A stretch of DNA of 64,000 bases, taken from assembly GCA_951406725.2 (NCBI GenBank), contig OX597816.1, positions 111,042,001 through 111,106,000 on the forward strand, in the 5' to 3' direction. Positions 1 through 13,369 of the stretch are shown in pieces; the first letter of the stretch is position 1, and each line of letters starts with the position of its first letter. The stretch is from Octopus vulgaris. Its lineage: Eukaryota. Under the pieces are notes generated by a model. It was not told the DNA's origin, made no database searches, and was given only the letters and a program-made list of their open reading frames with translations. The position numbers were made by a program, and so were the translations under genes.

Positions 1-619
1 AACTATTTGCGGCGCAAATTTGAGAAGCACAGATATAGGAACTCACACGTTAGTTTACCTACCATGAAACTGTAGTCAAACATGATATACAGATTTTGTC
101 CAAACAACTGCACCTCTTACTATTGCTGGCATGGAGCAGCTTAGCCAGTTGTTCATACACTATCCTATCATATTGAAACCAACTAAATATTCTTTTGTTC
201 CTCCTAATTCTCATATGTTTCGTTTATTTGCTTGACACACCATGAAATACTCAGTATTTATGAGATGTGCGTCATATTTTTTTAATTATAGAATTAATGG
301 AAACTGAGTGAGATCACATTAGTATTTGCCCTGCTTCACTTTTCGGGGAGAAGATTTGGTATTAATTCTAACAGCGATTAATCACTTGAGCTTCGTTCCT
401 TTATGAGAGATTTTAATCCTTAGAATATACGTATGTGCGCGTGCGCGTGTGTGTGTGATATATATGTGTTTTATGTGTGTGTGTGTGTGCGCGCACGTAT
501 GAATTAAGAAAGTAACGTTGCAGCTATTTTGGTATCAACGAATTATTTATCTGCATACATTAGAAGTCAGGAACAAATAATCTAAGAACATTGTTATAAT
601 AACGTACTAGTCCATAATG

Positions 620-1640
620 TATACCTTTAAGATACCTCCAGCCGTCCACTTCAGCTGATATTTTTCAATCGGTACATTCAATCTCATGCCATATACTGTG
701 ATTTGCAATCTTTGCCTTGGGAATCAAGTTCAACAGCGGCAATACTTGAAAGTAGATTTAATCAAATCAGTGACGTCAAATCATTTAGACTTTTAACAGC
801 TGAAATGCTTTAGGAAAATTTTTACTCACTTATTCATTTATTCTGTGATTTAAGCTTGAAGACGTGTGTTGCAAATATATTTCAGAGTTTATATGTGCTC
901 TAACAAAATACTTTTAATTCTAGAAAAATCACGAATCTGCTTCATACTTGAGTTTTAATACGTTTATTCTTGCCCTCTAAATCATCAACGGAGGATCAGT
1001 GTTTGTGTATTATTTTATAATGAGCAAAACCCTTTGTTTATGACAATTTTCTTATTTTCAGAAGGTATATTAAAACTGCAATAAAACTAAATAATCATCG
1101 GAAATAACTGATGCTTTACACGTAAGCAGGTGCCATATGTCCATATATTCACAAACGGTGTCAGCATACTTAACAATCTGTGTCACTTTAATTATTATCT
1201 CATATGACGTGCTGAATGTAAAGCACCCTATGCGCTGCTTCCGGTTCACAATTTTCAAACGGATTTTATCTAATTATTGTTGGATAATGCATGAGGACTA
1301 CATAACTTTCGGTTTCAAATAGAAAGCTGACTGGTGTAAGATTTTTCGAGGACAGCAGTGTTCCATACATGAAACCAATGCGTATACATACATGCATACA
1401 TACATAAATACTTACACACACATAGATAAAAGACAAGTTCTCAGAAAGACCCAATGCAAACCTTGAAGATTGAAAGCATGTTATTGATGAGTCTGCAATA
1501 GCGACTAAATGACTCTGACAGGGAAAACTGACTACTGACTCTCTCTTCAATGAACACATTAAACAATCCATTAGATAGTTTGTTGGCAAAAGAAAGAAGT
1601 GGTATTGAACCAGTGCATGTGTTTATTTTAATCTTTATTA
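620..1640 (+). mobile_element. Very old LINE (RTE-like) endonuclease/linker remnant
   Basis: Frameshifted fragments in the expected order: GFAI, NQISD..RLLTA, YDVLNVK..TDFYLIIV, HVIDESAIAT..FNEHIKQSI. Weak similarity only. Confidence 0.3.
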
Positions 1641-1704
1641 GAATAATGATCCTCCCTGGACACAATAATATACATATGCATGTGTGCGTGTACGCGTGCG
1701 TGCA

Positions 1705-1920
1705 TATTTGTCTTTGTGCGATTGAGGTATCCCCCGATCACTTGACAACCGGGGTCGGTGTGATTATATCTTCGTAAGTTAGCAGTTCAGCAAAATGCCG
1801 ATAGTATATATGTACCAAGCTTAGAAAGTACAGAGATCGATTTGTTCGACTAAAATTCTTCAAGACGGTGTCACAGCTTCGCCACAGTCTAATGACTGAA
1901 ACAAATAAATGATAAAAGAT
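1705..1920 (+). mobile_element. 3' half of tRNA-derived SINE family A
   Basis: Matches the reverse complement of about 8552-8745 (cttgacaaccg, gatcgatttgttcgactaaa, aatgactgaaacaa tail). Confidence 0.7.
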
Positions 1921-2069
1921 ATGGAATATTTATTAATATATTTCAAATACATTTTTTTTCTGTGACGTCGTATATCATCAAACGCAAGGTGCACGAACAT
2001 CACCAGTCAAATGATAATGATTAAAAGTTTTATAAATAGAGATTCTTAGAAAATAAAATATAATATCGA

Positions 2070-2700
2070 CTTCAATTTTTGGCACAAGGCCAACAATCTC
2101 AAGAGAAAGGATTACATCGACCACAGTTTTCAACTTTTACTTATTTATCAACCACGAAGTGATGTAAAGTAAATGGACTTCGGGGGATATTGAACTCAGA
2201 TCGTGAAAATAGACAAAATGCTGCTAAGCATTTTACCCAGAGTGCTAACGATTCTGCCAAGTCTCCGCCTTATAACAGATTACAATACTGGTTTCAAATT
2301 TTTGCACAAAGCTAGCAATTACAAGGGAGGGGGTAAGTCAATTTCATCACCTCCACTGCTGAACTGATACTTGTTTCATTGACACCGAAAGTACGAAAGG
2401 CAAAGTGAACCACGGCAGAATTTTAACTCAGAACATAAAGACGGACGAAATGAGGTTAAGCATTTTCCCCGGAATGCTGACGATTCCGCATTCACCGCCT
2501 TATAACAGATTATAATACTGGAACTATATATTAGTACACTGAGCGAAATGCTTAGCATCAGTTGGTCCGTCTTTACGTTTCAGAGTTCAAATTCCGCCTT
2601 TGATTCTTTCGAGGTCAATGAACTTATTATCCAGCTGAGTCTCTGGATTCCCGCGAACTTGCTGGCCTTGTTCCAAAATTTGAAACCAATATTAAAACTG
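2070..2700. mobile_element. Three copies of SINE family B (two tandem at about 2070-2290 and 2290-2520, one inverted at about 2540-2695)
   Basis: Repeated blocks tttggcacaaggcc / gctaagcatttt / ccgccttataacagatta, and an inverted copy aaatgcttagcat...gctggccttgttccaaaatttgaaac. Confidence 0.7.
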
Positions 2701-4323
2701 TATGATTCAGTTAAAGGCGATATTAATAATGAATTCTTAGAGTGTTTTGTTATAAACGAAATATAAGTAAACAGCCTTAAACATCGTAATTCATTGAAAG
2801 TTGGAGGAGACAAGTATCTTCTTTATCATTATGCAAACGCGACACTGCAATTGAATACCTACAGGATGAATATTATATTTAGGATTTTTCATTATGTGTA
2901 AATTAATTGCATTACCTTTCAGCGTAGGACAGCTAATTTCCATTTATTATAATATATTTACAACATGCATTTCCGCCTGTTTTTTCATGAAATATTAATC
3001 AGTAATGATCAAATTTGATTATACTAACATTATTACATTTAGTTTCAATTCCCTTTATATAAAGAATGAATAATATGTATGTATACATATATAAATGTAT
3101 TGTGAGTGTTCAAAAACTTTCACAAAGTACAATTTTGATAATACCCGTGATAACATGCCATACGAAGTTTATAATATTGTCTACACTAGTTATATCGTTC
3201 TAATCCAAAAAATTTCTAATCCCCTAAAGTAGTAACAACCTTTCTGATGGGTTTGCACACAGTTGTCATCCACTAAATGTCGCATACTCACTAGGATATT
3301 GTGACATTGTAAGGAGTTTAAATAGAATGATTTATAATTCATTATGTAAAACTGAAAATTTAAGCAAACGAATAAAATTTATACGAAATTAACCAGGAGT
3401 TCGTGCTTTGTGACGGAAATCAGCTACTTAATTAGACATAACAATTATTGTCGCAATATGAATACAAGCCCAACTTCAAAAGATCGTTTGCACTTCCAGA
3501 GACATTAACGTTAGGTAGAGGACGATGGTCAATCCATAATACTGAAACTTCCCTCTTTCTTGTGCTAATTATAAGAACACTACAAAAAAAAAAGAAAAAT
3601 ATTTTATTTCACTTTCCTGTGCTAATTGTAAGAACATTGCAAAAAAAAAAAAGAAACAAGGATTTTGTAAGTAGAAAAATTAAGACGGTAATTGAATATG
3701 CATTAGGGATGAATTTTGACAAGAACTTATCTTGAGAATAGCAGGTTATTAACTGTGGCAGTATGCTCTTTTGCAAAGGAAATTTTGCATTACTCTTATC
3801 TTTATAAGCTTTAACAAAGAGACTTGTACAAATGCTATTTGTTGAATAAGTATTTCATAACAAAAGACATCTATGGATCCATAACGAAAACAAACTAGAA
3901 ATCTGAGATGGTTGTAAATGCTTAGTGGAAACAGTATTTTGTTTTAACACAGAGTAAAGCACACCAATACACCACTGATGTCAGATGGAAATTTGAGGTG
4001 TCACAAAAAATTAAAAGAGTTAATGGGTTAATTTTTAATGAAATTCCAAAACACAACTTAATCATTTCTTAAATAAAACTGTAATATACCACTTTAAAAT
4101 CAGTATCATCGTAAACATTATTATTGTGATTAGTATGATTTGTATTATTGATGTTTGCTTTTTTTTATAAATATAGAGAAAACAACAAAAATAATAGATT
4201 TATTTTAAAATGAAATTTAAGAATATTACATATTATATACATATATATGTGTGTGTATGTAAGTGTACCTATGAATGTATGTGTGTATGTATGTATATTG
4301 TCAAAGGATAACGGACAATTATT

Positions 4324-4560
4324 TGTCACGGTCCAAGTTTTACATGCGGTTACAGCAATGAAATAATAACCCTTCCTTCCTTTCTTCGTTTGTGGAGGTA
4401 CTGAATCTATAGTATATATAAGCGGGGACAGTTCTCATTCTAACATTTTTCGTGCCACTTCTTTTTCCTTAACAGTAGAAGCATCGACTTTGAACTATTA
4501 GAAACTGGGTTTTGTCATACATGTTGTCAACACTGATACCAATAACGGAGAATCCCTACA
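4324..4560 (+). mobile_element. Possible solo LTR
   Basis: Begins TGTCAC, ends TACA, internal TATATATAAG. No second copy in the window. Confidence 0.25.
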
Positions 4561-4687
4561 TCTGTAACGTTAGCGCAACGGGTGATGATAATAGTAAGTC
4601 AGCATCTCCCTCAGGCGAATAAGGAATTCATCGTGCGCGTGTGTATGAGTGAGAAAGAGAAAGATAGAGACAAACAGACAGACAGAA

Positions 4688-4718
<31 letters not shown>

Positions 4719-5018
4719 TGGCATGTATAAATGGTTCTTGGCAGATTTTCCGACCATTAATATACAGTAGTTCGATCAATTACATCTCCAGGCTAGACTA
4801 AATCTGTGTGTGTGTGTGTGAGACAAGTTTTGACTTTTGAATTACAAGTACAATCCATCCTACATACTTTGACATACATTCCATATGTGCAATAAAAGCC
4901 ACACGTCGACTTGATGCTATAGAATACCATACACACAAGAATCAAAACAGCTTCCACCAGTTGATGATTGCATTGCAAAGCTTTTAATTTTTAGTCATAC
5001 TGCGCCGAGTCTGAGTGG

Positions 5019-5050
<32 letters not shown>

Positions 5051-5051
<1 letters not shown>

Positions 5052-5304
5052 CACCGTGATCACCGTGACCGACCAGGCTATCAGATGTTGCTACACATCG
5101 CTGGTCATAACGCGTTTTGCATTGTTTTAGCTTTCAAATGACGCCACCACTCTAGCTAAGCGAGCAGGCTAACAGAAGAAAGAGTGAGAGAAAGTTGTGG
5201 CGAAGGAGTACAGCAGGGATCGACACCACCCCCTGCCAGACCCTCATGGAGCACAACGCCCGGTCTGGGAATCGAAACCGCGAGTCCGATGCCCTAACCA
5301 CTGG
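5051..5304 (-). mobile_element. tRNA-derived SINE (internally deleted)
   Basis: Minus strand begins ccagtggttagggcatcggactcgcggtttcgattcccagacc (A/B-box-like) and ends in a short-repeat tail next to (TA)n. Confidence 0.65.
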
Positions 5305-5591
5305 ATTCGGTAAAGCTACTGTTCCATATGATAGTGTCTCGTTCTTGATTTGTCGCACAAAACGAAAGTAAAGACAGCAAAAGCTGTAGGAGTTGTCTTG
5401 TAGGAGTTCAGATTCGAAACTGAATCTTTAAATTCTCCTTGGGCATACGACCTTTTCAAACGACGAAAGTTATCATAACAAACGGGTGTTCCACTTCAGC
5501 TGTGGCCAATGTATTGCCATCGCTTAGTCACATGGATTAGGTAAAGCTATTGTTCTATATGATATAGCTACTGTTCTCGCTTGTTGGTTCA

Positions 5592-7234
5592 GGTATATAT
5601 ATATATATATACAAAATTCTTTGAGATAGGCAGAGAGAATCCAACAGTGGAGTCGCGCGACACACAGACAGAATTTGACAGGGAAACAAATAGCATCGAC
5701 TCACTCACAAACAGATAATTCACATCAACAACATGCATTCCAACTTACAGATCTGACCGGACACAGCATTTGTAATTTCATTTGACTATTAGATACTGAT
5801 GTTCCTTATCAAAAAAGCTCCCCTAAAAAAAGAGCGTCAAAGAACAAACACCAAAGAAACGCACGACCTGCAACAGAAAACAAAGATGAGAGACACGCAC
5901 GGCTTGTAGATGATGAACAAAGAAACAAAGCTTGACATCTGAAACCAAACATCAAAGAAATACACGACTTGCAGATAGCCAACAAAGAATGGTAGCTCAA
6001 CGTGCCGCAGAAAACGAAGTTTAAAGAAATGTACAACGTACAGATAGCCAGCAAAGAATGGCAACTCGATGTGCATTATAAAACGAAGATCAAAGAAATG
6101 GAAGACGTGCAGCAGAAAATGAAAACGAAAGAAATGAACCGCTTACAGTTGATCGTCTTCGAAGAGCATCACATCGTATACAAGAAACACCACAAGAAAC
6201 TGCAAACAGACGTGGAAATGACCGAATTAGTCACAACGAAGGTAGGTCACGTCAGCAATGGCATCTTGCGGCTTTCAGTTACAACCCCAATTATTGCTAT
6301 GGATCTGAAATTGACTTCAGGGATTGCAGCAACATTACTACTCAAGGTCGGACTACTCATTCAGCATTCAATTCACCTTTAGATTTATCTAACAAAGAAG
6401 ATTCAGTTTGTAATTTATATAAAAAAAATTTTTAATGGATCAACTAATACAAAGACGTTATTTAATTGTTTGGGACTAATGTACCACGGCCCTCAAAAAA
6501 GCTTTTGATGTTGTGGACAGAACATTACGAGACATTAGAAATTGTAATTCCATGATGGGAAATGTCACAGTATTATTGTCAGGAGACTTCAGGCAAACAC
6601 TACCAGATGTTCCTCTTGTAGATGAGCTCAATGTTTCAATAAATTCTTTTGTATTATGGCACCATGTGAAAACACCTCAGCTTTCGTCAGATATGAGATC
6701 GAGGCTTTCAAGAAATCAATCAGCTGAACTATTAGCAGAGCAGCTTTTAAAACTCGGTGAACGGAGGGTTGCAATTGATTACACTCAATCCAATATTCAG
6801 CTGATTCCGTAAAATAGTGTAAGCAACTAAAATAAAAGTATATCTAAATAACATTTTTTCCTTAATACTTTTTATGTAGTGGTCGAAGGAAGATCTTGAT
6901 TTCGTTATGAATGGTCCACATAACCATACATGATGCAGAGGCTAGAAGCCTATTTCAGTTCGGGAGGGATCGTCATCACATGTCACTTAGTCGCAAATAC
7001 ATGTCATTTAGCTGTATCACCAACAACAATGCAATTTCGCTATGACATCACCCAATAATCTATCAAGTACATTTATACATTTCTCAATACATACTACTAT
7101 TAGGACTTCCCTCCGTCGTTTTCTACCTCCATCGTAGATTGATAGATTTGCTAGCATATATAATAATATTTTGAATGTGGCTCCCGAGAAAGATTAAAAG
7201 TAATTACCCGATCAACGGCGGCCATTACTGCTAG
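5592..7234 (+). mobile_element. Internally deleted Helitron (RepHel N-terminal repeats plus PIF1 helicase fragment)
   Basis: ORF 6513-6812 DRTLRDIR..VLLSGDFRQTLP..LLKLGE (PIF1 motifs). R/Q/E-rich N-terminal repeats at 5830-6300. 3' end cccgatcaacggcggccattactgCTAG|T. Confidence 0.85.
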
Positions 7235-7533
7235 TATGTGTGTGTGTGTGTGTGTGTGTGTTGAGTAAAAAGAGACAGTCAAAATTTTAGATCATTCTTT
7301 ATTAGTGCTTTCTTTCGTTTAACCGAACGCTTCAAGATCATTTTGGTTTTAACTTTTGTCTTGAAGCGTTCAGATAAAACAACAAAAGCACTAATAAAGA
7401 TCATACTGACTGTCTCCTTTTTCTCACACCATTTTAAACGCAATATCTTTGTGTGTGTGTGTATGTGTGTGTGTGTGTGAGTGCGTATATATATATATAT
7501 ATATATATATACATACATACATACATACATGAA

Positions 7534-7875
7534 GGCGCATGGCTCAGTGGTTAGAGCGTCGAGCTTACGATCGTGAAGTTGTGAGCTCGAATCCCGGACC
7601 GGGCTGCGTGTTGTGTTCTTGAGCAAGGCACTTTATTTCACGTTGCTCCAGTTCACTCAGCTGTAGAAATGAGTTGCGACGTCACTGGTGCCAAGCTGTA
7701 TCGACCTTTGTCTTTCCCTTGGATAACACTGGTGGCGTGGAGAGGGGAGGCTGGTATGCATGGGCGACTGCTGGTCTTCCATAAACAACATTGCCCGGAC
7801 TTGTGTCTAGGAGGGTAACTTTCTAGGTGCAATCCCATGGTCATTCATGACCGAAGGGGGTCTTTACTTTACTTT
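7534..7875 (+). mobile_element. Full-length tRNA-derived SINE
   Basis: A box TGGCTCAGTGG, B-box-like GCTCGAATCC, central cttgagcaaggcactt and a (CTTTA)n tail. Inserted within (TACA)n. Confidence 0.85.
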
Positions 7876-7990
7876 ACATACATACATACATACATACATA
7901 CACACATACATACATACATATATACATATATACATACATACACACATACATACATACATACATACATACATACATACATACATACATACA

Positions 7991-8022
<32 letters not shown>
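7876..8022. repeat. (CATA)n microsatellite
   Basis: Directly visible. Confidence 0.95.
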
Positions 8023-8025
<3 letters not shown>

Positions 8026-8204
8026 GTACTGGAGAAATTATACAAAATGTATAGGTAGATGATGAGTAAAGCATCGGCACACTTTCGATTATCTGCCCTT
8101 ATCCGTAGATTTATTGCAGGACCTTAGTGGTTGAGGTGACTGTATTAGTAAAACAGATGGAATAAAAGATTTTAATTATTCCATCTATTTTACTAATACT
8201 ATAT

Positions 8205-9030
8205 ATATAGATTGAAAATGTCTGGAAAGCATATAAAAATGTGGAAGAGAAATCCCTTCGTTTCACATAGTCGCCTATCCTTGTATATTAATATTTATAC
8301 ATATTAATATACAAACTTGACTACTTGAAAAATTATACTGAGGAGTTAGTTGCCTCCCCCCCTTGTCACCTGTTGTCTCCCTTTGTCCACTCTCTAGACT
8401 CATTCTTATTTTCAAGCATCCAAAATGGTAAGACCCGTTTGTGACAAGAATTGATTACTTCACAATGTCCCTTGAAAAGGTAATTTAAATAGCTAAAACC
8501 GGTTGGATATCACGACATCCATAAAATATTTATATACTCTTTACTCTTTTACTCTTTTACTTGTTTCAGTCATTTGACTGCGGCCATGCTGGAGCACCGC
8601 CTTTAGTCGAGCAAATCGACCCTGGCACTTATTCTTTGTAAGCCCAGTACTTATTCTATCGGTCTCTTTTGCCGAACCGCTAAGTAACGGGGACGTAAAC
8701 AGACCAGCATCGGTTGTCAAGCAATGCTAGAGGGACAAACACAGACACACAAACATATACTCACATACATATATATATATATATACGATAGGCTTCTTTT
8801 AGTTTCCGTCTACCAAATCCACTTACAAGGCTTTGGTCGGCCCGAGGCTATAGCAGAAGACACTTACTCAAGGTTCCACGCAGTGGGACTGAACCCGGAA
8901 CCATGTGGTTGGTTAGCAAGCTACTTACCACACAGCCACTCCTTATAAAAAGATATGAAACTATGTGAAACGAAGGCATTTCTCTTACACTTTGTATATG
9001 TTTTCCATATATTTTCAGTTCATAATTTTT
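8205..9030 (+). mobile_element. Non-coding PLE-type end with inverted tail and decayed hammerhead, interrupted by a SINE
   Basis: 8210-8280 is an inverted copy of 8952-9025. Hammerhead-like atgtcc-cttgaaaa-..-aaaccggtt-ggatat at 8465-8510. Confidence 0.45.
8538..8943 (-). mobile_element. Full-length tRNA-derived SINE family A
   Basis: Minus strand head aggagtggctgtgtggtaag...ggttcagtccc, internal (GT/AT) tract and (GAGTAAAA)-like tail. Related copies at 1705, 34380 and 36350. Confidence 0.85.
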
Positions 9031-12000
9031 CCACGGGGTGTATACTGAATCTCCAGTATTTTTCTTCTCCTTTATATTTATATAATATTTATATATACAC
9101 ACATATTAGTATACATTAATCTCAAGAACTTATGGAAAGACTGGTGATGAAAGGAAATCCTTAATGACTATTGAGAAATTTCTAGTGACTATTCTACAAA
9201 CAATTTATTTTCTCTTCTCGACCGTCCGGTAGCTTTACAACGAATTACGCAATATAATATGCAGAATTTTTTTTAAAGATTTGTAGCGAATTTTAATTCT
9301 TATTTTATAAGCATTGAGTTCAATAACTTATGAATACATCGAAATTATTTCTACTAACGCATATATAGCACATATATGTATAAACACACTAACACCCACG
9401 TACACACTATCATGCACATAATGGTAAGTTTACATACACACATAATCACTTTAGCATACGTATTGAAACACACACACAATCAGACATAACTGTTCTCATA
9501 CAAGCATATACAAGGTTTTCCTCGGTAGGTAAAGAAAATCAACACTTTAAGAGTACGTTTCTTTAACCATTATCGCAACAATATACTCTGAAATGGGAAT
9601 CAGAGAAATTGATACAATGGAGTGTTAGTGTTTTTGGTGTTGGACATCATTAGCATTGTCAGTTATTTTTGGCATTACATAATTGTCTTCATGGCTGCAC
9701 CTACATCCCCGATGCTATTACTATTAACTTATCCCCATCATCACTGTCACTGCCATCAATGTTATCATCATCAACTTCCACTTAGTCATCACCATCATCA
9801 TCACTATTGTCACCGTCTTCTTCGTCATTCTCATTGGCATCATCACCGTCGTTGTTTATTGATTCTCATCATAATATATATATTCATTATTTATAATACT
9901 TCTCCTATGAGGCATACCACCTATAAGATGAATGTTATAGTCAGCATGCCTACAAGCTAAACAACGGTAATTATCATTGTCATCGCAGTAGGTTAACACG
10001 CAAGAAATTTCAATTAATAACTTAGCATAATTCTCCAGCAAATTTGTATCATAGTTACGTATACCTCCTCGTTTCAGAGAACAGTCTGAAATACATATAC
10101 ACATATCTCACCCACTAATATGAAGCTTCCCCATCTGGAAACATTATCTGTCTCTCTATCTATCTCCCTTTGTTACTCATTCTTTTCCTGAAAGTGGCTA
10201 ATTAAAATGTCATATCATAAGAGATATTTCTTAGAATGAGATATTTAGTATTAATGAGAATCTGTAGGCGTCTGCACTAAGAAAATATTTATACCAAATG
10301 GTGGATTTGCTTTGACAAATACTTCATACAATACCCTTCATTCATAGATATTACTAGTTTAGTGTAATGTAATTTTCTCTCCCATACATACACTGAGTTG
10401 ATCCACCAGAAGACAAAAGGAGGTAAACAGTGATTTTTTTCCGTCTGGATAAATGGTTTTACATTAGCACAAGTTAAAACTATGTAATGAAAATAGAGAG
10501 CATTTTCAAGTGTTGACTATTTTTATTTATATATGAAAATACATGGAGGAAATCGGTTGATATTGATAAAATCAGGCAAAACTTCAACGAATAATTTAAC
10601 CTGGTAATAATACAACATTTCAATCTCATTTACCTCGATAACAACAGTAACTTTTACGAATGGCGAGTGTAACCGGTATCACTTTACAACGATTTTTAAT
10701 TAGTCATGTAAAATAAAATATGTTACCTGGAAACTAAGACGGATCTAAAGTAGTTTTAATTATCTGGTTATGTAACAATTTCGTTGTTCCTCTGTATAAA
10801 ATATCCATTTGTTATATTGCTTCATAGATGAGCTGTACCACACACGTAGCTAAATAATTGGTCTCCTGAATGAAAAATACTGAGGAAACAGATTAATCCG
10901 ATTACAAGGCGTCGATTGTTGGCCTGCATTATCAAACATCAGCTGCACGATTTCTTCTGTTGTCTTCCTCTTCAAATAAACTTGATCAAAATGTTAGAAT
11001 TCACTTCTCTTTGCTGTACACTTGCATATCTATTTTGTGAGATAGATTGTATCGTAACATTTATATAATGCAAATTTTGGCCTGCTTAAATATGTCTTTC
11101 TCTTTCAAACTTTATCTTCAAAATAGAAGTATCAAATTTATCATTTGTCACTCTTTAATTCATAAGAAGGTTTTAAATCTTAATAAAATTACAACTTTGT
11201 CAAAGAGAATTTCATTGTTTTAGATTAGAAATTTGCAACTTCCTAAGAATGTGTAAGTCAGTTTTGCGGCTTTTATTGGCCTTTATGTTACCAATTTGTT
11301 TTTCATAGCCTTAGAATACTAGAGGAAAAACTGCGGTTAGTGCAAAAGAATATGCTTAAGATAATTATTGACAAATAGATATTCTTAAAATGTGTTTCTT
11401 CCTACACAAATCCCATTTGCAAGAATGAATGGATATAAGATATTGAATTACGTTAATTGTTTCATTGGCACTTGCTACATGAAACTTATAAGTGTCAAGA
11501 AAATATATAAAATATTGCTGAAATTGTTTACTTCATTTAATGATTTTCTAATAATTAAAATTTTCAATAATGACGAATTATTTGAAAAGTATTGAAATAT
11601 TCTTCAAATAGAAGGGAAACGGAGATCATTAGTGAAGAAACATTGTCAGGCGGCATTAGATTCATGTTATCCAGTCTGGAATTTTTAAAATGTTTATATA
11701 AATGTTCGATTGCATGAGATATTTAATTTCATTCCATTTCTAGCCTACCATCTCATTGAAAGTATTGCAACTTTGTAGCTGAGGTTAACTACATATCGAC
11801 ATGGCCTTTTGTTTATGATGTCACAAACATCATTTTCTGAAACATTTTAGTCATTGAAAATATCAGCTTTTAACGGACAAAAGCTTACTGTTTGAAACAA
11901 AATCTAGTGCATGTCCAGTACTATTTTGTTATCGTGTAACAAGGAATGCCAATTCAACTTCAGTAGTAGTTGTGCTTTTCCTTTCATCATTAAAAAGTCA

Positions 12001-13369
12001 CTTATGCTGATGCACAACTATCTCATTTTATCAGTTTTGTTAAAAGGCATACTGCCATATTTATAAATAAAGTTTACAATATATTTTTGTTATTTAGTTT
12101 CATAAAGTGAAATTAACCATGGAGTGTAAAATGTCTCTCAACTTTAGTTCAGTAAATGATCAAATCAAATATAAAAATAGCCTTCGTCTTGTATAACGAT
12201 GTCCTTGACATACAAAATTATGGGGTGTTCATGCTTACAAAATATTTGATACTAGATATGTTAGATCATGGCTAATTTTCGGGTAGAAAAAAACAACCCA
12301 ACAAAACTTTAACAAATAAACCTGAATAGTCAAACTTAATATGGATCATATTAAACGTATATAAAGTTTTCTAATACCCGCTGGAGGAGGGACGTTAAAA
12401 GCTGCAAGAACGTTTCCATTTCCACTAGCAATATTTAAGCAATAAATATTTTCTTTCAATATTTAAAATAGAAAACATAAAGTATGAAAGCCAGTTCAAG
12501 AGGAGTTTAGATTGCCGAGGAAAAGTTAGACTTCATGCGTTTGCAAAATACCTCTCTATCTTCACACAAATATACACATAACATGTATCTAACCATCTCA
12601 TTTCTCTTCTTTCACTCTAGCCTCTAACTAGTTAGCCTTATTGGTACGTCTTGTGTCTAGTGACACAGTTTGAATTACATATGTAACATCAGTGATTTAC
12701 TCATATATAATGGAGAACTTTGATATTAAATCCATCAAAGAAACAATTAAATGAGGCTGTTGTCACATCGTGCAAGGAAATAACACATTAGTAAACAATC
12801 TTAATTATTCATTTGTCAGATTCCGCAAGTACACTGAGATGGCTCAGACAGATTGCATCAATACACACCTGTTCAAACGTACAAAAACATTCACAGAATA
12901 TCATTTCGCTTTCAAATTCCCCGATATAAAAGTCACAGACACCTAAATTATCTTTTCAGCAAAATTTAGTAAAGCCACAATTCAGATCAACACACCTGCA
13001 ATTTACAAAGTTTATAATTTCCTAACAAAACTTTTATACAAACTACTTTATAATTCTTGTGTGTTGAATTACTGATCATTTCCAATATTTAATTTTTTGT
13101 TGCTGATAGAATATATTCTAACGCAGAGTGCAATAAAGTATTTTTGAACGGAATTAAGTACATTAAGTAATATAAAGGTGTTTCAACACAGTGTAATAAA
13201 TTAATTTCATTAATGTTAATTTTGTAAAACGATTTTAGCCCATTAATTAGTTACAGAGGAAGCGGCAGAATTCATAACATTTGTGACATCGATGAATAAA
13301 CATTTCCAAGAACAGGTCTAAATTATAAGGTATGAGAATTACCTTTTGCAAATTTGACCTTCGTAAAAA

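Noticed and set aside
1137-1322. ORF resembling an innexin N-terminus (hydrophobic run, PMRC..NYCW)
   Set aside because: Cysteine spacing is short, there are no further exons, and surrounding frames fit a decayed LINE endonuclease better.
3440-4031. piggyBac-like end (GGGTTAA)
   Set aside because: No matching left TIR or clear transposase motif found.
7534-7610. tRNA gene
   Set aside because: No terminator or proper acceptor stem, and it continues into a SINE body and tail.
9622-9960. His-rich protein
   Set aside because: Degenerate (CAT)n repeat.
10850-12200. Possible hAT transposase remnant on the minus strand
   Set aside because: Only faint motif echoes, not supportable by eye.
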